Assembly (NCBI RefSeq): GCF_009834535.1
Contig: NC_045729.1
Span: 18,600,001-18,664,000 of the forward strand
Source: Camelus ferus
Taxonomy: Eukaryota
Length of the DNA stretch: 64,000 bases
Direction: 5' to 3'
In this document: one piece after another, positions 54,363 to 64,000 of the stretch
How positions within the stretch are numbered: the stretch's first letter is position 1
Layout of the letters: every line of letters begins with the position of its first letter
Translations under genes and position numbers: made by a program
Notes under the pieces: model-generated
What the model was told of the DNA's origin: nothing
Databases searched by the model: none
Seen by the model: only the letters and a program-made list of their open reading frames with translations

Positions 54363-54682
54363 CCCTTAACAAGGGGCCGGGTCGGGGGTAGGGTAAGCCA
54401 GGCAAAGCAAAGGGCTGGAAAGCACAGTGGTAGAGCAGCTGGACATCAGTCCTGCAGGCCTCCCCTCAGTCCCACGTCAGGCGGCTCCCTCCCAGAGAGC
54501 CCCCAGGGCACACGGTCAAGGTGAAGGGAGCGTCTGCCCACCTGTTCACGCTTGATGCTGCCCCGCTCTGTGCAGGCGCTCAGATGCTCCCGCAGGAGCC
54601 ATCTGCCCTGCGCTGCTGTCTCACAGAAGGAGGCTGAGCCCTGCAGAGCCCAGGAAAGCTGGGTTGGCTGTATCCAGGAGGC

Positions 54683-54905
54683 CATAGTGTAAACTGGAGC
54701 TACCAGGGTAAACTACTGTATATAAACTAGATCCACAATAAGGTTGTACTGTAGGGCAGAGGGAACTACATTCAATAGCTTATAAATAGCCTGTAATGAA
54801 AAAGAATATGAAAAAGAATATATCTATGCATAACTGAATCACTATGCTGTACACCAGAAATTAGTACGACATTGTAAATCAACTACACTTCAGTTAAAAA
54901 GAAAG
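54683..54905 (+). mobile_element. Short cetartiodactyl-type L1 3'UTR fragment
   Basis: gggaactacattcaatagc...aactgaatcactatgctgtacaccagaaa...acattgtaaatcaactacacttcagttaaaaa; no clear TSD. Confidence 0.85.
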
Positions 54906-55209
54906 TGCAAATTCATAAGCCAGGTGTGCTGCCCTCCACTCCCCGCCACGAGTGAGCCCTCCCTACGCCCTGGGTTCCCTCCTCAGAGGCTGTCCCAGTC
55001 CTCCTGCCCCTCCCTGTGCCCTCTTCATGCACTGTGTCCGCACCTCCTGGCCTTGGTACCTGCTGTTCCTCTGCCTGGAGTGGTCAGCCCCTCCCTCTCC
55101 ACCGCCAGCCATTGCCCAAGCCCACACCTGGACCACTCCAGTAAGTCCTCCGGAAGCTCCAATGACACGCCCCAGAGCAAGTCTATTTGCACCACCTTCC
55201 CCCACCAAG

Positions 55210-55406
55210 GTTTGGTTTTTTTTATTTTGAAGTATAGCCAGTTATAATATGTAGATTTCTGGCATCCAGCATCGTGTTTCAGCCCTGCACATACGTACAT
55301 ATATTCCTTTCCATCTTATTTTTCATTATAGGTTACTGCAAGGAATTGAACACACTTCCCTGTGCTGTAAGGAAGAAATTCGTTTTTCATCTATTTTATA
55401 TATAGT
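55210..55406 (-). mobile_element. Short L1 3'UTR insertion
   Basis: Same family as 53854-54035; perfect 10-bp TSD ccccaccaag (55200-55209; 55407-55416). Confidence 0.87.
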
Positions 55407-56019
55407 CCCCACCAAGTTAAATGCCCTCCCGAAAAAAAATCAGCCCCACAGCGTGGAATCTGTCCGTTAAAAGTAAACCACAACAGAATGACAGGCCCAG
55501 TGCTTGGCCAGGCTCCTTCTAAGGATGGCCTTTGAGTTTGCTTATCAGAGGGTCCCGGGTCTCTTAGCAGGTTTCATGGGATTTCCTTTCCGTGAGTGTC
55601 CGAGTCCCTGCCCACCAAGGGGTCGTGGAATTCCCTCTCCTGTGCAATACAAGGCGACTCTCAGAGGAGCATGTAGGTCTCATCTCCGAGTGATAAAAGA
55701 AGCCTGTGGTTCTAACGTGCTAAGAAACGCCGGGAGTTGCAGCGTGCAGCCGTCAGGGGTGGGTTCCTGGCTGATCACAGTCACCGAACAGAAAACAGAA
55801 ACTGCCAGAGCCCAGGGCCCAGCTGGGAGCTGCAGGCAGCCTGCTTCCCACAGCAGGCGGAGGAGGGATGCGGCCACACTAGTCCAGCCACGCCAGGGCC
55901 CAGGGCACACACCGAGCGAGCCGCACTCCCATGTGAGGGTCAGTGCAGCGCCATGGCTCTCAAACCCGAGTGGACACCTCACCCCTGGAGAGGGGCCTAC
56001 CCGACACCCCCCACCGCCT

Positions 56020-56130
56020 CCTAGAGCCACTGACTCAGTAGGTGTGGGTGGGGCTGGAAATTTGAGTTTCTCACAGGTTCCCAGATGATGCGGATGGTCT
56101 GGTCCAGGACCACACCGGTGACCGGCGGGA
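56020..56130. mobile_element. MER5A-like fragment
   Basis: actgactcagtaggtgtgggtggggctggaaatttgagtttctcacaggttcccagatgatgc. Confidence 0.7.
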
Positions 56131-56159
56131 GCTCATGTTCTAGAACACGGCTGCTTGTG

Positions 56160-56350
56160 CTGAAAACCAGGATCCCTCACCTCCTGGCTCTGTGAGTCTG
56201 GGAAATTCACTGGAACTTTCTGAGGCTCAGTTCCCTTATCTGTAAACTGGGGATATCATTACTGTGTACTCACAGGATTATTTAAGAATGAAATCAGATG
56301 ATTGATGTAAGAACTTTGGAAGATGCTGGGGTCATAGTGAGAGCTCAGTG
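56160..56350 (+). mobile_element. MIR SINE
   Basis: ctcctggctctgtgagtctgggaaatt...tctgaggctcagttcccttatctgtaaactggggata...acaggattatttaagaatgaaat. Confidence 0.8.
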
Positions 56351-58494
56351 AAGGCTGCCAAGGGCTTCTGCTTGTAAGAGCGGCTTAGTGGGAGGCCCAG
56401 ATACAATGCCCAACAGAGGACCGCCACTGCGACCTCTAGGTGTCAGGGGGCAGGAGGAGAGAGGTTATGGGAGCCCAGAGACGGGGAGGGCTGTGTGAGA
56501 GGGTTACAAGAAAGCTTCAGCTTGGGGAAAGAGTCAACTGTGACCCTATGGGGAAGGAGCTGGAGGAATACGTGCTCTGAGCTCACCCCCCTCCCTCCTC
56601 TGATCTGCTGATGCTCCTGCTGGCGTTCCGCCCCCTGGAACCCTGCCAGCCAGCGGCCTGGATGAGCTGGGGGAGGGAGCCTGTTGCTAAAGTCCACGCA
56701 GTTCAGCCTTCCGGGGCACATGGCAGGGTGGACAAGGATGGAGAGCAAATCAGAGGGACAAAGGTAATTTACCAGCACACTTAGACATCACCTGGTGCAC
56801 ACCTACCGCCCCTCCGCCCCAAGGCAGGGTGACCCCTAATCCAACGATGGTCGTGATCTCCAGGGAAAGAGCTGCTGGGCCCGGGAAGCCTCCCAGGATT
56901 TGGGTGAGCAGCTCCTCTCCAAACCGCATCCTGAAGCCTGAGATACCAGGCGCAGCCCCACACCGATCCGGTCCCTGGCGTTTCCTGGCAGAGGGAGCCG
57001 GAGAGTCCGGGTTCCCGACCCCACCAGGGCTCTGGCCCTGAGCCAACCCGGCACCTACCTTGGAGGAAACTGAGCTCCTTGGCCTTCTGGAGGGGACAAG
57101 AGACCACCTTGCAGGAAGCAGGAAAGACAGCGTGGGACAAGCAGAGACAGGAAAATTAGCCGCAACCTGACACACAGGACAGGCAGGGCTCAGAGCCCGG
57201 CTGTGGCCCCGAGGCCAACTCTCTGCCCTTGACAAGGCACCTGTCCTCAGGGGCAGTCACCGCCCGCCCTGCCCCTTTCTCTCACCGGCACCTCCTTCCT
57301 GGTCCTTCAGGATCTGGGGCCTGGAAACGGATTCCAGGACGTGCTGAGTCACCCTAGGCAACCTGGAGGAGACCACGAGAGTGATACCTGATAGAGTTGT
57401 GATTGTTCATTGTCTAAAATTGGACAGGATGAAGTATTGCAAAATCATACGCTGAGAGGACAAATCTGCTGCGGCAACAGACTGAATCAAACCTGTCGCT
57501 ATTAGACACTTCTCGCTGGTGACTTTCCAAGCTCTCTTGACTCATACGCTGACTGCTGTCGCCAGAACCCCTGAGCGGGTCCCGTGCACACCCCTGACGC
57601 TGACGGGCCAATGGCCGGCTTTCCAAAAAGATCCAGGCACAGAGGAGTGTCGACGCAGGGACAGGAAGGAGAAGATGGCGCGCACACCGCCACAGGTACA
57701 ATTCGCTCTCTGAACACTGGGACGAAAGAACAGGATTAGCGCTGGATACCTGAAGGGCACCTCAGTGACTCACTGGTCCTGTCTGCCAGCTTCAGGGAAG
57801 ATGCTACCAACCAGCCCAAAGGGCCTAAAATGCCATCCACCAGCCCTGCCAGCCACCTAGCCTGAATACAAAACCCCCACTCCAGTAGGAACAGAAGGAG
57901 GCATGAATAGGAGTTATCTGTTCAACTGGCATTTGCTCTTTTTGGGTTAGGAGGCAGAGCTCTGCAGAGAGGCTTCTGGAACCCCCAAGAGCAAGCCCAG
58001 TTTGTCACAAGGAAAAAGGAAGAAAGAGGGCATGGAAGCCCACATTAGCACTTTCTGGAAGGACCGGGGGATGCTGGGGGGATTGACTGTGTCCTGTAAG
58101 AAACCCGGGGTCCCTCCTTAGGGATTCAGCCACCTCTCCAGGTTCACTCTCTGTCATCCTCTGTGTCCTTCTTCCTCCCAAAGGGTAAGGCTACTCAGTA
58201 AACACAGAGCAACCGTGAACCTCAAACTCGCTGATTTGGTTTGGCAGTGCTCTCAAGGTCAAAGACAGCCCAGAAAAGACCCGTCCCATAGTAAGCAGGT
58301 CGTGGAATCTGAACTATCACCCCACCCAGGTCTCCTGAAGCCCGTGAGCTTCCACGTAAACTTCTTTAAAACCCAAGCATCTCCACTAAGGCCAAATGAT
58401 ATGGAGAACAGTGTCCTCAACATTCACGCACAACGCCCACCTGCTGCAGCACAAGCACCCTGCCTTGCTCCTCTGAGCCAGCATCTCTGCCTAT

Positions 58495-59110
58495 AACTCA
58501 TTCATTTGTTCAACCAGCATTTACCGAGGACTCTGTAGCACAGGCATCGTGCTGCTGTGGAGAAGATGGGCCGGCAAGGGCGGGAGCAGAGGCTGGGCAG
58601 CCAGGTGCAGTGGCCCCGACCACAGACAGCAAGGTTTGCTCTAAGGCAGTGGGATAAGGAGGAGGAGGTGGAAGTCAGCAATGGGAAGGAAGCAGAACTG
58701 GCAGGTCCTGTTATAAATCCTCTGGGATTGGGGTGGGAGAGGCGAGCGTGAGGGAGTCCCCAGGATGGCTCCTGACTCTGGCTGGAGGGAAGGAGAGAAC
58801 GGCAGTGGCCTTCCTGGCGACAGGCACACACAGGCTGGGGTGGGGGCGGGGGCGCAGCTGAGCGAGCCAGGAGGGAGGACGGGGCGGAGGGCTTGGTGGG
58901 GGTCACGTTGGACTGGAAGAGCCGGCCAGACGCTGAGGAAGAGAAACCCAGCCAGAAGTGTGGGTGTGGACATCACAAGACGTGGAAGAGGATGAGGCCA
59001 TCGAGGGACGGGAAGGAAGCAGGGGACAGCATCACTAAGAGGTGGAAGGAAGAAGGGTCCACAGGAGGGCTGGAGAGAGAAACTCTGAGGGGTGGGAGAG
59101 GAGGGAGAAA
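58495..59110 (-). mobile_element. L2 fragments
   Basis: cattcatttgttcaaccagcatttaccgag (antisense L2 tail) followed by a GA-rich L2-like body. Confidence 0.55.
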
Positions 59111-61374
59111 GGAGGCATCCGGAGCCCGAAGAGGAGGGGCTGTCCAGGAAAACAAAACGGCCAACGGCGGCTAATGTTGCTGCTGAACTGGGTGAGATCA
59201 GAGAGCTCTGCAGTGGGTGACGAGGGGGCCCCCACGGCCAGCAGCAGGAAGATGCCAGAGGATGGTGACTGCAGGGACGGCCGTCGGATCGCCCCTCCTC
59301 CAGGCTCCCGGCGTGGAGCTCGGCTGCTGGCACCAGCCATGGTACTAACGGAATGCAGTGTCCTGGCTGGCCCTGGATCCCGGGAGATAAGCCAGCTCCC
59401 AGCACTTTAGAGACAATGGTCCAGCCGCGCACACTGGGGAACGCAGGACTGAAACTCAGACCTTCCCTTTCTTTTCCTCTCCCCACTACTCATTTGGAAC
59501 AGGCTGACCCCGGGACACCGAGTCAAGTTCTACATCAAGTGCCCGGTCCAGTGGAGCAGCCGCCCGAGGAGGGATCCTCTCCAACATCCAGGCTCTGGGG
59601 CCAAGGAGCTGGGGCTGCTTCCCCCACCACCTGAGCTGAGATCCCTTCACATCTCTCCTGCCTGAAAAAGAAAAGCCATTCCTCTCAGCAGCACGGAAGC
59701 CCGGGACCAGGAAAGTGAGGAGACCAGGCTGGCAGGCGGAGGGCAGAAGTGGAGACAGAGTGTCCTGGAGGAAGGTCCGTTCTCCCCGGATAAACACTTG
59801 CCTGCGAGCTGCCTCCCCTCCCACCCTTTGTGCAAGTCAGGACCCGAGAAGAGGTCAGCTCCCCACAAGCCCAGACTGACAGCACCTTTTTGCTTTTCTC
59901 CAAACCTCCACCTTCTATGCCATTTGCCACCTAGAGGGGAAAGCATCTCCCGTGTCAACAGCACGGATTTAGCGCACGTGGGCATGTCTGGAAGGGGAAG
60001 CCAGGGGCGATGGCGATGTGCTGTCTCCGGCTCCACCGACACCTCAGTAAGGGGCAACGGGCATGACGTCGTGCTGAGGCACCCGGGACAGCAGGGGAAT
60101 CTCAGCAAAGTCAATGACTCCCCCACTTTCCGAATGTCCCTGCACCCACGGTCTCCATGTAGTTCAGGGGCGCCCTATCAGGTGCCCTAGATTAGGACCA
60201 ACTCGTGGGTTTTTCTTACTGGTGACTGAGAGGCAGAGGGCAGAGGGCAGCAGACTCAGGGCCATAGGGTCTGCCTCCTGGTTCCCTGCTCCTCCCGTGC
60301 TACCTGGGGTCCCCTGGGGGTCCATCATGGATGATCAAGGAAGGCTGAGCCTCCTTGGCACTCGGGATGGAGTCCGGCTGTCCTGACCAGGTCGTGTGTG
60401 GTGCACTGCAGGGGGAGGGGACGGGTCTGAGGGCTCTGAGACAGTGACCTCTGATCCCGAAGCGGAACTGGAAGAAGACAGGGAGGTGGGCACAGACTGG
60501 GCAGAGCTCCAGAAACCCCTCCAAGAAAAGCCACCAGAGCTGGCCTTGAGGAACAGAGTCCCAGGGCCCTGCTCCACTGGGAGCCCAAGCCATGGGTTTG
60601 GTTTTCTTTACCTCCTAGAATCTGGAGCATCTTATTTTTAACCTTATAAATAGAAGGGTGAATGACAGAGCCAGCCTAAGACAACCCCAAAGAAAGGAGG
60701 CTCAGAGAAGCTGGGCCAGGAGTCGCACCCCCCCTGCAGAGCACCGGCCCCGGGGCAGGAGCCTCAGGGCTGTTCAGATCCCTTGTCCAGGCCCATCCTC
60801 CCCACCCCGCCCATGCCTCCTGCCCACATCAGCCAGTGATGGAAGCATCAGGCCTAGTGAGGAAAAATATATTGGCTGATACAAACCCCCCAAATTCCCC
60901 TGCCTTGAGTGAGGCTTTTAGGGGAGCCTCCGTGGCCTCTCTGCCTCCTCTTCCCACTGAAGAATTGCTGGGAACTCCCACGGCCCCAGGCAAGGCCCTG
61001 ACAGCACCCCCCAACCCTTTCTGAGAATTAAGTCTTGCCTGTTTAGGAGGGTATTAAACTTACGCCCTTGTTTATCTGAAAATGTCCTCTTAGCCAGTTT
61101 GCAATGACTATAAACCTTCTCTCTGCTGTCCTGCCTCCATCCCTCGGCAGTGTAGGGCAGCTCACCTACAGCCTGGCGTGGGGTTAGGGGGTGATGGCAG
61201 TGACCTCAGAGGTTGCCTCTTACAGTGGGTCCCATGTGACCAACAGTCTCAACCGGTGCGGAAGGAAGGGAGGAACAGATGTTGACTGAAACACCAGCAT
61301 CCACAGAACATTCTTCCTTGCAGGAAAGGTATGGGTCACAATGACCATTCCTAGAACAAAAGGTCTGAAACCTC

Positions 61375-61900
61375 TAATAGGTACCAGGCACTGTGCTAGG
61401 GGCTGGGATTCGACGGTGAGCAGCACAGAGCCCCAGCCCTCTCAAAGTTTATGGCAGACTTACAGACGAGGAAATCAGCAAATAGGTACAGTGTGATACG
61501 TGCTACGACAGAGGATGCACAGGTACTAACCACAGGATCACATAGGAGGGAGAACTAAGATTGATTTAGGTAAGGGGGTGGAATCAGGGAAGGCTTCCTG
61601 GAAGAGGTGCCATCTAAGCTGAGATGTGAAGGAAGAGTAGGAGGTGATGAGGGGAGGGAAGTGGGTGAGTGTAGCTGGAGCGGAGGGGAGGGACCTAAGA
61701 ACAGTGCCCAGGAGTGTGAGCTTGCAGAGCCATCTAAGCCACGCAAGGAGGTGGGTCCTTCTCCTATGACAGGGGAAAAGCCACTGAAGGCATTTAAGGA
61801 GGGGAGACACACAGTCAGGTCTCCACTTCAGAAGGTGCGTTCATGCCACTGTGAAAACAGATCAGAGCCAGGGGTTTGTGGGTGGGGAGTGCATCCAGGA
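61375..61900 (-). mobile_element. L2 LINE fragment
   Basis: gtaccaggcactgtgctaggggctggg...gggaaggcttcctggaagaggtgccatctaagctgagatgtgaagga...gaaaagccactgaaggcatttaag. Confidence 0.85.
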
Positions 61901-64000
61901 GGTGACTGCAGAGCTCCCAACAAGAGATGCAGGTGCCCAGGACGGCAGAAGTAGGACCCAAAAGACGAGGACAAATTCAGGGCAGAGGACAAGCCCGTGG
62001 GAGGCAGAATTGCCAGGCTTCGCCGTGGAGACGGGAAAGAGGAGCGGGGGCTTGTGCCTTCGGTGCCCACACGCAGGAAGACAAGGAGCAGCAGGAGGAG
62101 GGCAGAGGGATGGAAGAGGTGACACCCCAGAGGGGCCCTGATGAGTCTGAGGTCCCTGTGAGGCACCTGAGTGGAGGTGCCCTGGGGGCAGCCAGACAGA
62201 CGGTCCAAGCCCTGGGACGAGGTCTGGGCTGCAGCTCAGAGTCTGAGTCGTCAGCACACCCAGCAGTAAGGAAGCCGAGAGAGGCAATGAGATGCCCAGA
62301 GAGCGCGCAGAGCAAGAGAGGAAGGAGGGCCGGCCCCCGAGTTACATAACAAATGCTGTGCATCAGCTGCAAAGCCAGGGCTGCTAATCGTCCTGACCCC
62401 GACCCTCAGATCCGTCAAAGAGCCCCACCTCCCATGTGCCCCACGTAAAACACACTCCCCGGCGTTGAGTCATCAGACCCCGCGGCTACCCCAGGAGCTC
62501 CGGGCTCAGAGTTAAATGTGTGCCTCGCTGCGTGTTACCCGTTACGCCCCGCAGACCACGTGCGGCGAGCACACACATGTGCGAGCACGTGCTTCTGCGC
62601 GCCGGAGCCCCAGCCCCAGGTGTGCGTGCGCACCCCCACACAAAGACACGCCTGCCACCCTGCAGCCGGAACGAGGTCGCTGACAGCTCCTCACAAGGAA
62701 ACCAGAAAGGACTCTTCAGTGTGAACTGTAGATTTGCCCCTAAACCCCCAAAACAAACGCTGAGCAAGTAAACCTTAACTTACAGCAGGAGGAAAGAGAA
62801 GAGAACGTTCGCCAAGCTTCTTTTCTCTGCCTTATCCCGTGATCGTGCTTAATCCTCGTGGATTGTAAAACAGGTTTTAATCCCACAGGACTGAGGATGA
62901 GGCTTAAAACAGGCTGACTCCAAAACACTCCCCTCCTGCATTCTGGGACTGCAGCTCTCGTTCCAGAGAACGGAGAACGGGGAGCAGGGAGACTTTCTAA
63001 CAGAAGGAAGTTGGCGCAGGATACGGGCCCCACGCAGGTTTATTTCCTTCACTCGTTCCATAAACATTCATCCGTTTCCTGCGAGGCACCTGAAGGCAGA
63101 GCTGAACTAACGCACGTTATTAGAGGACAGTCCTTGACTAGGCGCCTACCTGCGCTCTGATGCTCCGCGGTCACTTTGTGGGGCTCTCTGACCGCGTCTC
63201 CTTGGAGGAGCGGTGTCCTAGCTGCCCGCCGCGGGGAGATGGAACCCGTGGAGCGAATGCGTTGGTGGGAACCGCCATCCTTCGTTTTCTGGCAGGACTG
63301 GCCTGGAAAGGCCACCACGTCCCTTCACTTCAGCTAACAAGACATGGCCCACATGGGGCCCCAACTGAGGAATTTGCTAACAGCCGTTCCGTTCAGAGTG
63401 CCGTTAGCCGGTTCCGTCTGAGCTGGCCCATGCCCGGTGAATGTGCTTCACGGGACTCGCGGTCGAGAAGACGGGGCTTTTACCTTGATGGTTAAACACC
63501 TGACGTGCCCCCATGAGCCTGCAACATCTCTGTCCTCTCTCTCCTCCGGCCCTGCGTCAGTTTCCCCTGTGGGAACGTGGGGAAGTGGTCCATCTACCCA
63601 GCCATCAACCAGCAGGAGTCGCCCTTGTTCCAGCAGCAGGGCTTGTGAGGGGCCCAGGGAGGCCAGTGAGGTGCCCTTCTGTCCCCCCACTTCTGTCCCA
63701 GCCGCAGGGGCTCCGTGAGGTTTTGTCTTCATCTGCAGACTTCGCGAACACCAGAGTCCCAGACCCCAGGGCAGAGTGCACGCATGGAGGGGGCAGGCCA
63801 GCCTGCAGGGCACAGAGAACACCGTCCCTCCTGAGAAGAGTGGAGTCGGTGATTCCACGACGTCACCGGTGGAGGCTCTTTCCCCATCTGGGCCCCGACC
63901 CCTCTGGGACAGCGCCAGATAAGCCCAGATTATAAAGCATAGCTCATCTTTCCTGCGTATTTACCGTGTGCCGACGTCTGTTTTATGTGAAGTCCCTCAT

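Noticed and set aside
58641-59486. 281-aa minus-strand ORF
   Set aside because: Overlaps pyrimidine-rich L2-derived sequence; S/P/L-biased with no domain.
63900-63920. REST/RE1 site (also considered at 20065, 25322 and 41776)
   Set aside because: Only half-sites (e.g. GGACAGCGCC at 63906-63915) without a correctly spaced partner half.

Overview
Mammalian genomic DNA, most likely camelid (three copies of a Vic-1-like tRNA-derived SINE). The whole window lies inside PRMT8, a neuron-enriched protein arginine methyltransferase, on the minus strand. Six coding exons are visible with canonical AG/GT sites: exon 2 (39661-39847), 3 (28439-28594), 4 (25348-25411), 5 (13589-13731), 7 (7092-7207) and 8 (2611-2761). 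Exon numbering and expected lengths are from my recollection of human PRMT8. Exon 6 is not visible and probably sits in the 204-N gap (12887-13090). Exons 1, 9 and 10 appear to lie outside the window. Exon 2 is 187 nt, one base too long, which shifts the frame upstream of the internal Met (MSKLL...). The rest is GC-rich intron with many transposon relics (L1, L2, MIR, MER5A, MLT1, an MLT2/ERV-L remnant), simple repeats and a few local duplications. I see no convincing new biological system. The best leads are the exon 2 frameshift, the missing exon, an unexplained ~300 bp intronic duplication with a conserved nuclear-receptor-type core, and several candidate regulatory elements. The long GC-rich ORFs in the track look spurious.
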